In this document: positions 37,818 to 52,103 of the stretch, piece by piece
Numbering within the stretch: position 1 is the stretch's first letter
Layout of the letters: every line of letters starts with the position of its first letter
NCBI GenBank assembly: GCA_040954595.2
Contig: CM082587.2
Location: 12,240,153 to 12,304,152 of the forward strand
DNA: 64,000 nt
Direction: 5' to 3'
Origin: Balanoglossus misakiensis
Lineage: Eukaryota; Animalia; Hemichordata
The notes under the pieces: model-generated
Told to the model about the DNA's origin: nothing
The model's database searches: none
What the model saw: only the letters and a program-made list of their open reading frames with translations
Translations under genes and position numbers: made by a program

Positions 37818-40800
37818 TTAAGTAAAAGAGACGTCCTTAATTATCCTTACTATTTGGCTTGAAAAATCAATCTTACTAGGTGTTCTGATTAGAGAGGTGT
37901 CCATAAAGACAGGTTTTACTGTATTACCCAAAATAGAGACATTGTCCCTTCATCATATACTTAATGCGTGTTCTGGGTATGGTTCCAGTATAATGCTTGT
38001 GTCAAAGGATTTTGTTGTGGTGCAGGAATCATCTTTGGTTGAGGTGTAGCCATCTGCATTTCATGTTTTTTAAACTATTTTTGTTCTGATAGTCATTAAC
38101 CCATGTGATCAGAATCCGTGTCAAAATGGAGGCTATTGTTCCCAAACACCAAATTCTTATACTGACTACACCTGTTACTGCCAGTAGTGTTGGACTGGGG
38201 CCATCTGTGCCGTAGGTGTGTCGAATTACTGTTTTATGACACAGCGTGGTATATAAACCCTCATTTTTGGTATTCTCAATGTGATAGATTGACCCATACA
38301 CCAATAAATGGGGTGGAAGCATTACTAAGTTTCATCCTTTCAAAATTTGCTGATGTAGGGTCAAAATTGAGTGTGAGGTGCACGTTAAAAAGGAAAGCCT
38401 TCTGTATCATGTTGACGGCACATTTTTTAATTTTTCAAGATTCTTACAGAAAAATCCTAGCAATAGCATCATTATGTTATTTTAAATGTACAGGTTTGAA
38501 ACAAGGAATGAAGACATTGCTCACATATTTAAACGAAATGAACATCACAAGTACATGTACAAGTTTTTGACAAGCAGGTAATTGATACTTTCATTTTTGT
38601 TTTGGCAGCCATTGATCAGTTATACTCTATGCCTTGTCAAAATGGTGGCACATGCGTTGCGCGAGACGGCTGTTTCCTGTTTGACTGTATGTGTACCGAA
38701 TGCTTCACTGGTGCCACATGTACAATGCGTAAGTACAAACCAATATTATTTTATTCAATGCAAAACACTTGTTATGTATTATATAATATAAGTACGGTAC
38801 ACATATTAAAGCCCTGGTAACTCAAACTTTGGGCTAGCTTAATGTTATCACTATTTTTGTTTTCGGTTGCAACTGTGGTTTCTTGTCACACTCTAAAGGA
38901 TTTCACAGCATTTGGTTTTTCAAAACAGCCCTTTGGTTGTTGTCATGTATACATGTACATGACTGTGGAGTGTAGTTTGTAGATTCTGTAATTTTGACAA
39001 TATCTTGACTGCACATCCCACAGCTGTCAACCAGTGTCAACCCATCCAGTGTCAGAATGGTGGAAACTGTGTGCTGACGCCCAATTGGTGTACTGAATTC
39101 ACATGCTCCTGTACAAGCTGTTACTCCGGCGATTTATGTCAGACATGTGAGTGATTTTAAATTTCAGATGAAGAGGAACATAATAACATAACACATAATC
39201 GGCTTGCAGTTGGTTTCTTCCAACCTGTATCAAACAGTGAATAACGACACAATTTTGGGGAAATTTATTAAGAATGTGTGTGCCATAAAAGGGGATTGTG
39301 TATTTGACCAAACAACAACCTGCACCGTATGGTACACTAAGACACTATTACACCTGTGTCAAAATTTCATTACGTTTCTTTTGTTGAACATGGAAGAAAT
39401 TTGTCACAGTGATGTTCTGTTGACCAACTGAGATTTTTACCACTCAACCCTGACTGCACAAATCTGTTTAAAGTATATGTAGTAAATATTAACTGTACAC
39501 AATTTATATCACTTTCTCTTCTGTGCACAGATTTGAATCCGTGTCAGCCCAACCCTTGTCTAAACAGTGGATTCTGCCAGCAAGTGTCCTGCACCGAGTT
39601 CAGATGCCAGAGTTCGCGCTGTTTCATCGGAACCACGTGCGCTGAACGTAAGCAAACCAGTGTCAGATTTGCCGCACAAAGTAGAAATCGCTGGGCTTTG
39701 TCATTGATATTGTCTCAATAAAGTTGCCTGTGATTGTGCAGCTAACCAAGAGACTTATATGCACTACCGTAGCCATGATGTATACTTTCATTGACTCAAA
39801 TGCTCATCAGAGTAGATGTTGCTATTTTTCCAACCGTAAATTGAAACATCAGAAAGTTATGACATCAACTACCCCCACCCCCACCCCACCCCACCCCCAA
39901 CTAGTAAATATTATAAGATGCTGTAATTATGATAAAGATGGTAGCACCAAGCTTGGATCAAGTGGTCTTCATTATCCTTCACACATGAACATGATCACAC
40001 GGATGTGCAATCTTCTGACAGTCTGCTACAGATTTCACTTCCCACTCAAGTGTGTAAGACCCTAATGTGATACTTTTCATTTCTCTCACCCTTAGCGATC
40101 AACCAGTGTCTTCTAAACCCATGTCTGAATAACGGAGTGTATCAGCCACTTCAAGGCTCCTGCTCAATCTACACCTGCAACTGTCCAACCTGCTACACTG
40201 GGCAAACATGTGTTACATGTAAGTCGCAAGTTTTTAGGTCCCATTGGTATGTACCATGGGACCTTATGGGATTGGTTACGTCTGTATGTATGGATGGATG
40301 GATGGATGGATGTATGTCTGTATGTCCGTCCACATCGAAAACTTGAAAACCGCACCGCGTATGACCTCGATATTTGGCGTGTAGATGCAGGCAGGGCTGT
40401 AGATGGGAGTTTGTTCAAATGAAGATGTCATTGCCAAAAATATGCAAATTAGCTGGGAAAATGTGAAATTGGTCAAAACTTAAAAACTGGACAACCACTG
40501 GTCATATTGATTTGAAAATTGGTATGCATGTACCTTATATCAACCTCATACAATCCTGTATGTTTTGAGCTAATATTATCGATTTCCTATTTTTTTTGCA
40601 TTTTTTTGTATTTTTCCATGTTATTGGTAAAAAGTCTTTGAAATTTAGTATGAAGCCTCCTAATGTTGTCTAAGTAACCATAGTTTTGTTCAAATTGTTG
40701 CAAAATTTGCATATCTATAATTTTGAGCAATATTTGCCATTTTTGGTCAAAAAATGTTTCTCTTTAAAACCTCATGCCAGATTGCTTTCCAATTTGGTAG

Positions 40801-42260
40801 GCATGTTCGTAGGGGTAACCTAAATAATATGTTGTAAAAAAAAAGATATTTGCATAAATGTGTTATCGGGGAAACTTTTGCAATTTTTGTCAAAAATTGT
40901 TTTCTCTGAAACCGCTTGTCCTATTGCATTGAACTTAGGCAGCATGTTCCTTGTAGTGATTGAAGTAAGATATTGTACAATTTTGGTGATATTTGCATAT
41001 TTGTGTTTTTGCCACTTTTGAACAAATATTTTCTGTGAAACTGCTTGTTGGATTGCTTTGAAATTAGTTTTTTCTCTGATTGCTTTGAAATTTAGGATAT
41101 AATTTCATAACACATACCTGTATATGTGCAACTTTTATTCAGTTCTGAGATCAGAAAGATTAAATATTTAGCGAGTTTTTTTGGTAAGTTTCTTAGTTTT
41201 TGGTTAGCAAATCTTCTCCTAAACAAATTGTCCAGTTGTTTTTAAAGTTACTATTTACAAGGAGTTGTTACCTCGAACAAAGACATGTTTACATAACTTA
41301 AATAGGCCAGCTGTTACAGAGACCACCAGCTATCAAATTTTAATTACCAGTGGCAGGTCAGTGTGTGTCTGTTCCAGGGCTGACTGAAAGAAGTTGCTTC
41401 GCATATGTGTTTGTACAGACAATTTTTGGTCATTTTTTTTCTAGCACCACTTGTAAGACTGCCATGACACATGACAGTTTATTGGGCATGTTCCTTGTTA
41501 ATGTTTTTACATTCCATATTTCTATATGGTCAGATCATATCTGCTTGCAAATGTCACCTGTAATTTTTATTCTGGTGTGTCACTGTTTCCGCATAATCCT
41601 CAAATGTCATCAGATCTCCGAATGTGATGAAAACAGTGTGTTTTGAGTGTTTTTTAAATGACCTTTTGGGTTAAAAGTGGCAAAAATGGCAATTTTGTCT
41701 TGAAAGGGGTCAATAAGACTGACTTTTTTGGAATCAGCACCATTTTTTACATTGAATGGACTAGTCTGCTCAAACTTTCCTTACCAACAATTCTGTTTAA
41801 TCTTCTGTAACATGTATACTAGTATACATGTAGCTGCCTGATAGTTTGCCCTGCGTGTGTAATTGCTGAGTGACATAATGCATTCTGTGATTGGTGCAGT
41901 CACGTAACCACCAATAAGATCGCTTGTTATAAGGAGAACTGCACGACCTTTAACCGCATTAGCATACCTGATTTTTAGGGCTCGATATTACCTCTGAGGA
42001 CGCAATATTTAAGTTGAAGTTTTTTTTCTTTTATCATATTAGAGCAAGAAGACTTGTTTTTATGTAAAAGAAATAAACCTTAATATACAGAGTGCATTTT
42101 AAAACGATAGGCAGGTCCGGCCCATAGCCTAATTCTTCATTTTTCTGTCATGCGTAGGAATTGATCAGTGCTAACAACCCATGTCAAAATGGCAGCACTT
42201 GCCAACCCTAACCTCGTGTGGGGCATTGACGTGCACCTGCCAAGGATGCTATACTGGGAG

Positions 42261-45200
42261 CGCTGTGAAAATTGTCAGTCAGTTTCTTTTGTCAAATTAA
42301 TCAATATGTGTGGGACTGCTATACATGTATATAAAACAGAATACTGCGATGGAAAATTCTATAACTTAATGTTTCACTGGATATATGACTTAAAGTTAGC
42401 AGGATGCAGTGAATTCAACAGAAAGTGTAATTTCCTCTTGTGTGAGCTCTGTGCGACTGTGCCAATGAAAATCTCACCACAAACAAAAATGACAGGTATA
42501 CACTGTATATTAGCAGCTTTGTCTCTGTAATAGCCATAGTGTTTTGAAGTTGAAAACTTGCAAAGTGTGCAGTTTTATTCACACTACAAAGGAAACATTG
42601 TTGAAACGGATTATCTGTGTACATTGTCAAACTGTACACTTGTCGCGAGATTTATTCTCAATTATATTATATCATGCTACCGTCCGCAATTCTGATTGGA
42701 CGAGAGCTAAATCCAGCGATGCTAAAATACTCAATAATGCACTGCTGACAGTGGTAAAACGGGCTTTCTGTTTGCCACATGGGTTTGTTCTTTAGGTTGT
42801 TGTATGTGTTTACACTCATCATGTTTATTGTAGAACCAGGGTCGATCAGTGAGGCAACTGCTGTTTGTTCTATCTGCACTGTAACTTGAGGCCTCCTGCC
42901 ATTTGATTGTTGTACAGTGAAGCAGTATTCATCTCCCGAGCTGTCTTCCACTTTATGCACAGCTTTGACAGTTTCATCCTTGTCTACCCTATTTGCCTTG
43001 CCTTTTGATCGGTAGCATTTGGCAAAATAGTTAGGTTTGCCACACTTCCTGCATGACTTGCCTTTAGCTGGACATACTGAGTCATGTGGATAGGTGCCAC
43101 CACAATAATAACAAGTGGACGGTCCTTTCGCTGGCTGCTGATGAGCTCTCTTTTGTTTATTTGGTTTCGGGCGTTGGTGGCGCTGTTTTCTGACCGCATT
43201 CACAGATGCCGTATCTGCACCATAATTTTGGGTTTTCTCCTCAATCCCACTAGCCTGAACCTCTGATACCTCAAATGAACAGGCTGTACTCAGTAGATTC
43301 TCTAGTGTCGTCTCCTCCCGAAGAGCACGACGTCTGAGACGGGCTGATGTGAATCCTCGTATGATTTGTGATTTGACCTCTTGATCCTTATTGGTGAAGT
43401 CACATATGTTTCTGCTAGGCGTTGCAAACAAGTGTGATAGGCATCAATCGATTCGCCGTTGTTTTGTATGGTGTCTCTGAAGATAAATCGTTCGTATTCG
43501 CTGTGAAAATTGTCAGTCGGTTTCTTTTGTCAAATTAATCAATATGTGTGGGACTGCTATACATGTATATAAAACAGAATACTGCGATGGAAAATTCTAT
43601 AACTTAATGTTTCACTGGATATATGACTTAAAGTTAGCAGGATGCAGTGAATTCAACAGAAAGTGTAATTTCCTCTTGTGTGAGCTCTGTGCGACTGTGC
43701 CAATGAAAATCTCACCACAAACAAAAATGACAGGTATACACTGTATATTAGCAGCTTTGTCTCTGTAATAGCCATAGTGTTTTGAAGTTGAAAACTTGCA
43801 AAGTGTGCAGTTTTATTCACACTACAAAGGAAACATTGTTGAAACGGATTATCTGTGTACATTGTCAAACTGTACACTTGTCGCGAGATTTATTCTCAAT
43901 TATATTATATCATGCTACCGTCCGCAATTCTGATTGGACGAGAGCTAAATCCAGCGATGCTAAAATACTCAATAATGCACTGCTGACAGTGGTAAAACGG
44001 GCTTTCTGTTTGCCACATGGGTTTGTTCTTTAGGTTGTTGTATGTGTTTACACTCATCATGTTTATTGTAGAACCAGGGTCGATCAGTGAGGCAACTGCT
44101 GTTTGTTCTATCTGCACTGTTACTTGAGGCCTCCTGCCATTTGATTGTTGTACAGTGAAGCAGTATTCATCTCCCGAGCTGTCTTCCACTTTATGCACAG
44201 CTTTGACAGTTTCATCCTTGTCTACCCTATTTGCCTTGCCTTTTGATCGGTAGCATTTGGCAAAATAGTTAGGTTTGCCACACTTCCTGCATGACTTGCC
44301 TTTAGCTGGACATACTGAGTCATGTGGATAGGTGCCACCACAATAATAACAAGTGGACGGTCCTTTCGCTGGCTGCTGATGAGCTCTCTTTTGTTTATTT
44401 GGTTTCGGGCGTTGGTGGCGCTGTTTTCTGACCGCATTCACAGATGCCGTATCTGCACCATAATTTTGGGTTTTCTCCTCAATCCCACTAGCCTGAACCT
44501 CTGATACCTCAAATGAACAGGCTGTACTCAGTAGATTCTCTAGTGTCGTCTCCTCCCGAAGAGCACGACGTCTGAGACGGGCTGATGTGAATCCTCGTAT
44601 GATTTGTGATTTGACCTCTTGATCCTTATTGGTGAAGTCACATATGTTTCTGCTAGGCGTTGCAAACAAGTGTGATAGGCATCAATCGATTCGCCGTTGT
44701 TTTGTATGGTGTCTCTGAAGATAAATCGTTCGTATTCGCTGTGAAAATTGTCAGTCGGTTTCTTTTGTCAAATTAATCAATATGTGTGGGACTGCTATAC
44801 ATGTATATAAAACAGAATACTGCGATGGAAAATTCTATAACTTAATGTTTCACTGGATATATGACTTAAAGTTAGCAGGATGCAGTGAATTCAACAGAAA
44901 GTGTAATTTCCTCTTGTGTGAGCTCTGTGCGACTGTGCCAATGAAAATCTCACCACAAACAAAAATGACAGGTATACACTGTATATTAGCAGCTTTGTCT
45001 CTGTAATAGCCATAGTGTTTTGAAGTTGAAAACTTGCAAAGTGTGCAGTTTTATTCACACTACAAAGGAAACATTGTTGAAACGGATTATCTGTGTACAT
45101 TGTCAAACTGTACACTTGTCGCGAGATTTATTCTCAATTATATTATATCATGCTACCGTCCGCAATTCTGATTGGACGAGAGCTAAATCCAGCGATGCTA

Positions 45201-45975
45201 AAATACTCAATAATGCACTGCTGACAGTGGTAAAACGGGCTTTCTGTTTGCCACATGGGTTTGTTCTTTAGGTTGTTGTATGTGTTTACACTCATCATGT
45301 TTATTGTAGAACCAGGGTCGATCAGTGAGGCAACTGCTGTTTGTTCTATCTGCACTGTTACTTGAGGCCTCCTGCCATTTGATTGTTGTACAGTGAAGCA
45401 GTATTCATCTCCCGAGCTGTCTTCCACTTTATGCACAGCTTTGACAGTTTCATCCTTGTCTACCCTATTTGCCTTGCCTTTTGATCGGTAGCATTTGGCA
45501 AAATAGTTAGGTTTGCCACACTTCCTGCATGACTTGCCTTTAGCTGGACATACTGAGTCATGTGGATAGGTGCCACCACAATAATAACAAGTGGACGGTC
45601 CTTTCGCTGGCTGCTGATGAGCTCTCTTTTGTTTATTTGGTTTCGGGCGTTGGTGGCGCTGTTTTCTGACCGCATTCACAGATGCCGTATCTGCACCATA
45701 ATTTTGGGTTTTCTCCTCAATCCCACTAGCCTGAACCTCTGATACCTCAAATGAACAGGCTGTACTCAGTAGATTCTCTAGTGTCGTCTCCTCCCGAAGA
45801 GCACGACGTCTGAGACGGGCTGATGTGAATCCTCGTATGATTTGTGATTTGACCTCTTGATCCTTATTGGTGAAGTCACATATGTTTCTGCTAGGCGTTG
45901 CAAACAAGTGTGATAGGCATCAATCGATTCGCCGTTGTTTTGTATGGTGTCTCTGAAGATAAATCGTTCGTATTC
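42261..45975. repeat. Nested tandem triplication, 3 x 1238 bp
   Basis: The junction tcgtatt-c-gctgtgaaaa occurs at 43499 and 44737. The gag ORF repeats at 42667, 43905 and 45143. Confidence 0.97.
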
Positions 45976-46436
45976 AATGTTCCGTTTGGGTGAGAAGTAT
46001 GACGAAAGCTTTAATTTGGCTGTTTCACAGCTAGTTCCTGTATCTGGTAGAGTATCAAAGAAGTCGGAAACTTCCTCACCTGCCCAGTGCAATAGCAGTG
46101 CACGTTGTCGCTTGTCATCTGTAATGTTGAATGCGACAAATGCGTTTTCTACTCTAGCCATGTACTTTTTCCATCTCGTACTGGTGGTTGTCGGGTCTGA
46201 ATGAACAGGAAAACTCAGCATTGACGGCTAGCTGATTCTCCATGTTCTCCGTCCTCGTCGCCAAATATAGAATCGTTGGTGGGCAATAATGACAACACGA
46301 GACACCAAGTCCGGCATGTAAGAGTGAGAGTGCCTAGCCTCGTTCACGCACTTTATTCATAATGACCCGAATGTTGCATTACGTCATTTTACAGAATGTA
46401 TAAAGTATAGATGCTCACTAGTGTTTGGACACTACA
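45237..46436 (-). mobile_element. gag: Gypsy remnant, copy U3 (two more partial gag copies at ~42761-43499 and ~43999-44737)
   Basis: Same element, variant haplotype shared with U4. Confidence 0.9.
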
Positions 46437-46952
46437 ATATACATGTGACTGCAGTGTCTTTCCAATCATGAATTTGCAAGGTGTCCTTCGGAGAAAATCT
46501 TCTGATTCTCTTTTCTGATTTGCTTTGCATATTTAACTTAATGATCTCATTTGTTGGAATTCCCTGTCTCAAATTTTTGATGATCAGTCTCTGCCCCATT
46601 GCTCATCGTCCCAACTTTCTGATGATATATGGATGATAGATGGGATCAAATCTTTGGTCGTGTATTTGCTACAAATGGTAGGTATTGGTTCGTGATTGAG
46701 TCTTTGTGTTGTATATTTGGGGTCGCAGTGGTATGAGTTTGGATTTATGCCAATCTTTAAGTTAAGTGTTATTTGGGTTGCCGTTGAGCATTGATGGCTT
46801 GATAAGTGGGGCTAGGGTCAATTTTGATTGGGTTTGGATTGTTTGGGCTAAGATAGGTTGGGTGATGGCTAGGATTTGTGGTGGGTATAAGGTGTGGTGT
46901 AAGAGATGGAGGCATTATGGGGTCTGGTGAGGTTTTTGTGAAGGAGGCCATG

Positions 46953-48941
46953 GTGGCTGCAGAATTCAGGGCATGCTGTAGCGGTTGAATGCATGATGAT
47001 GGTAAACCACAGAGTATTGCATTGCAGTAGTCCAGTTTTGATGTGATTAGAGCATGAACCAGCATCTGGCAAACTTCCTTAGTGAGGTAACGGCGAATGT
47101 GGCTGATTTGACGCAGATGGAAGAAAATTGACTTGCAAATTGCATTAATGTGCTTATTGAAAGTGTAATTGTCGTCGAATGTCACACCTATATTCCGTGC
47201 AGAATTCACAATTTGAACACAACATGATCCAATGCTCATGTGGTTTATGGGACGAGGCGAGCGGTTGAACTGAGACCTTATCAGGTGTACCTCGGGTTTG
47301 CCACCATTTAGTTGAAGTTTATTATGTGTCATCCAGGTTTTTATTTCGTGAACTGCCCTTTCCATCTTGTCTAATGTACTTATGGTGTCTAACTGGAAGA
47401 AATATTGGTATAGTTGGTTGTCATCGGCATATTGGTGAAAATTGATGTTGTGGTGACAAATAAGTTGAGCAAGTGGTTGGATGTAGCTGCAGAACAAAAG
47501 TGGGCCAAGCACTGAACCGTGTGGTACTCCATATTGTAGATATTGAGGTTCTGACATTGTGCCATACAAACTGCTGTCTGTTCTTAAGATATGATGAGAA
47601 CCATTGTAGTGCGATGTTGGTGATGCCCAGTTTTGATAACCTTGAGATGATTGTGTCGTGATCTATGGTATCAAACACAGAGGAGAGATCGAGGAGAACC
47701 ACGAGTACACATTTACCGGCATCCAGTGCCATACAAATATCGTTGTTGACTTTAGTAAGTGCTGTTTCGGTACTGTGATCCTTTCGGTACGCTGACTGCA
47801 GTGGTTCTTGTAGTGAGTTGGTAGTCAAATATGATGTCAGTTGTGGTGCTACAATCTTCCCGATTACTTTTGACAGGAAGGTTAGGTTTGAAACTGGTCG
47901 ATAGTTCTTGAAAATGTTTTTGTCGAGCGAAGGTTTCTTGAGTATATTGGTGTGATGACTGCTATTTTAAGTTATTCAGGAACAGTTCCAGTTTTGAGTG
48001 ACAAATTGATAATTGTGGCCATGATAGTGAGCAGATTACCAAGACATTGCTTATCAAGTGCTGTAGGGATGAGATCAAGTACACGTGTTTTAGATGGAGA
48101 CTGACGGGTTGGTTATAAGCTGATATGGCTGAGGAGAGGTCATTTGGAGGCTAGGACATTTGATGTATTTTGTCGAGATCATGGCTGAAACTATCAATTG
48201 AAATGGCAGATATGACGATAAGATATTTGACGTCTACTGTGTGTTGGTTTCGGAAGAGCAAGTTTTGCATTGACAGGATTGTGATCAGAGAGTTCCAAGC
48301 AGTCTACAGAGACACTCTTGATGTTAGACGCAGAGTTAGATAAGATGAGATCAAGAGTATGACCCTTTCTGTGTGTTGGTTGTTGGACCCATTGTTTCAG
48401 ATTACAGGCGCTGATGATTCCATTGAATTTCTGTGTTACTGGATTCTTATCATCTTCTAGGTGAATATTGAAATCTCCTACGATGAAGAGATTACTTGAG
48501 CAGGTGACATACTTCTCAAGTGTTGTACTGAACTCTTCCATGAACTGTGGTGCGGTGAATTTATTATTAACTGATGGTGGTGGACGGTAGACAAGAATTA
48601 TTTTCATGGAAAGTTTCTGGTGAAGAATAGTTGCTTCCGCTGCCTCAAAAGATTTAACAGAGAGAATAGGCTTCCAAGCTGTTTATTTTAGTGCTAGCTT
48701 ATGAATTTAAGCTAAGCCTCCACCGATCTTGCCAACCCCAGGTAGATGTTTGACAGCATAGCCTGGTGGTGTACATTCAGCCATTACGTGTTCGTCACCA
48801 GATTCCTTCAACCATGTTTCAGTGAGTACAAGAATATCAATTTCTTTATCTGTGATGTAGTCTGCAATGTCTAATGATTTGCATCTAGCTGAGCGGACAT
48901 TCCATGTAGAGAGTAGAAGTTCACACGTATTGTGGAAAGGG
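46953..48941 (-). mobile_element. LINE remnant, copy U3
   Basis: Retains the ~22 bp (YIQPLAQL) missing in U1/U2, so GVPHGS..YADD lie in one frame. Confidence 0.93.
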
Positions 48942-49931
48942 TGGATCTTGAATACTGCATAGTCACTCTTCAATAGATATTTAGTGACTCGCTAACTGTT
49001 GCGATTCGTGTGTGTGTAATTTACGTACTTCAAGTTAAATATCGCAACTAGCCGTAATGTTTGACTAGGGGGAGCACCTATACTAATGCGAGTACCAGGG
49101 ATTGAAAGTTGCACCTGTATTTTGATCCCTTAGTTACCCTTATAAGTACATTTGTAGTTTAATAACCATAGTTCTATTGCAAACCATTCTTTCCGTAGTT
49201 TCTTGTTTCAAATATTGTAATCTGAATTTATTTTGATGTTTGACAGGTGTGATTATCTGTATTTGCGGCCATTTTGAAAAAAAATTGGTTGCCATGGAAA
49301 CTCTTCAACAGATATTTAGTGACTCGCTATCTGAATTTGTTCAGTACACATTAACACACATCTGAGCCAAGTTTGGTGCTTTTATCACAAAATACACAAT
49401 CGATATGAAAATTTGGGTTTTGGTGCTCCACTACCTAAGTAACATTAAGGATGTACGTTCAATAAAATGGAAAGTATTGTCATTTTTTTTAATTGTGGAT
49501 TTTTTTATTCTCTTTTGTATGTATAATGAAAATCCGTAATAAAATATAGGGGTCACCGCGCTTGTTTTTGAAATACAGAGCCATGAAATTGGTCGATAAT
49601 AGAAGAAATCTGCTGACTCAGCATTTTTCACCAATGGTTTGTTTGTCTATGGCCAAAATTCTTAATGCAATTTATCTCAAAAAAGAGCGCGGTGACCCCT
49701 ATATTTTATTTGACCAATGAATTTATATTTGCTGGACTGAGCTATGTGTAAAATTTCGTGAAAATGACAATAGTAGAAGTTTGTTTTCTGGCGATTATCA
49801 ATGTAATCCTATGGGAAAAAGACCGGACACGCAGTGTTTCCGGTTTATGTTCTGCACGTACATCCTTGATGAAGTTTGCTGGCTAGAGGGCTCCTAAACC
49901 TCCTTAATATTTGACGTCTTCACTCCTACAG

Positions 49932-51992
49932 GACTGCGCAGCTGGAAGTTAAAGTTCAGCATGTTCTGAAGCATGCACGCTGTGTCCAGGGGTTTCATGT
50001 GTGGAACAGCCAGCCTCTCATCACCAACACAATGCGGACTGGGATATTTTGCCAACAATGGAAGTATAGACTGTACGCCTTGTCCTGCCCCGGGTATAAG
50101 TGCCAATATGATGGTATGTCGGAGCCAGAGGTGTGTGAAGATGGATACTACACTAATATAGATGGTGAGTCAGCACTTAAAGTTTGGGCATTACTGTGTA
50201 ATCTTTCACTTAAAGGCACGTAAGCTGTAACTTTTGGGATAATTTTCATAATTTTTGTTTAAAACTGCACTACCATTAGTCCATGCAGATGAAGGCAGTG
50301 AACTATACACAAGCATTATAAACCCTAAATATGAGTGCATATGCAAGTTTTAACCAGATAAATAATAAAGCTTTGCCGCAAGCGATTATGGCCGCCACCC
50401 TGGGAAAATGCAAGAAACAATGAAAATGTTGCATTTCCGTTTGTGAAACTTCATAAACAAAACATGATCTCATCCACTTGAGCTCATGGAAGTAAATGTA
50501 CACCACTGAGACATCAGATTTTCATTTTTCATTGCAATATTGCACTTTTTTTAAAATTGCAGGAATTTTCGTTTTTTCTTTAATTTTTGGCCATTGTGTC
50601 ATAAATAAGTGTTGAGCTTGATATATTATCATGAAATATCATTTAATAGACATAATTAAAAGCATATATGAGATTATTTAAAACTTTAATTTTTTTATCC
50701 AGTTGAAGCTTACGTGCCTTTAAGGCGGACGATCATCTTATGTGCATGTACGTAATTCTGTGCGTACAAACATTACGTCCAGTCCAAATATTCTGCCAAT
50801 TTTACATCCAATGCATTCAAATAGTGGACTGCTTCGCTTTCATCCAGTTTTCATGTGCATCGTATAAGTAGACTTTTGTTTTGTCCCGTCTTTTCACCAA
50901 ATTTGCTCTTTTCCAAATCTCCGACACAGACTATGATCGTCACGATCTTGTCTGTTGTTAGAACAGCACACTGCCGTATGGCATTGACTGTACACAGTTT
51001 CTGTTACCAATATCTCTGGATTGGCATTTTCCTGTCCTCAATCTTTTGCCAGGGATTTTTGTCTCCCCAACCCGCGTGAGAATCCCACGTCTTTGAAGGT
51101 ATGACTGTGACTATAAGATTCTATAAATCTCTGTTTATTTTCAGCACAAACATCATGTGCTGATTGCCCAGCTGGTAACCAATGTCCAAATGGTAACACT
51201 GTGATTTTATGCTCGGCTGGTTATTACAGTTCGGCCTTGGACAAAGGATGTCTCGCTGTACCTCTTGCATAACAGGTAAACTTCTACCCACCCACCTTTA
51301 TTTCCAACATCAAACATTAGGTCAGGTAATTTACTAACTGAAAAATAGGATGGGATCATTTTCTATTTCTGTATTTAAAATTTACTGATATAATATATGA
51401 ATGAAAAAATGACAATTTTTCCAAATTTGAATAGACCTCTATTTATGAAAATAATTAAAATTTGCACCAAATTTTTACAGTGGTATTCAAAGGTTAACTT
51501 GGTGTGTAAATTCTCTGTTTGATTTACAGATCAGCTGGTGCTGAACATTGTACTATTTGTGAGCAAGGGTACGCCTGCATAGATCCCAGTGCATCGCAAT
51601 TCAAGTGTACCAAGGGTTACGTGTCATTGGCTGGTGCAACAAACTGTACCAGATGTACAAATGGTAAGATTGTGGTACTTGTTCAGTTTGCTGTGTGATG
51701 AAACTGAGGGGTATGTGTGTATGCATGTATGTGTTTACAACAGATTATCAACTCAGTGCGAGATCTTGCGAGACAATGATTCCACTGAAGAGGTATTGTA
51801 CAGTAAAACCTGTGATTACGGACATCTCTCTAATAAGGGATCGTTGGACCAAACCATGGTGGAAAAAATCGTTCTTTGAATTTTTTCTGTGATAGGTTCA
51901 TACTCGTTAGGTTCGGCCACGTCCTTCTGGTTATGAATGCACAACTACAAGTGTCACACAGTGCGCTACAGGGCAGTAAAGTGCTGAAGGAG
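49932..51992 (+). pseudogene. CPAG-type Cys-rich pseudo-exons, copy U3 (fourth exon deleted)
   Basis: Matches U1, but the junction gcgagac|aatgat at ~51774 removes U1 15907-16424. Confidence 0.82.
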
Positions 51993-52103
51993 GTAAGTCT
52001 TGAAATCCCTTTTCTTCTTGTCTCGATTTGAACATGGTTCCACAAGTTGTTTTCATCACTTGTAGTTTTACATATTTTTTGAGTTCAACAGCTAGCTATA
52101 CAT

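Larger units (their letters stand above)
33153..42273 (+). pseudogene. EGF-repeat pseudogene fragment, copy U3 (10 exons)
   Basis: As U2, with the foldback transposon inserted in the intron at 36001. Confidence 0.9.

Noticed and set aside
46769-47828. Reverse-transcriptase ORFs as a retron, DGR or active RT system
   Set aside because: The motifs and upstream APE domain are those of an ordinary L2/CR1 LINE, and it is fragmented in all copies.
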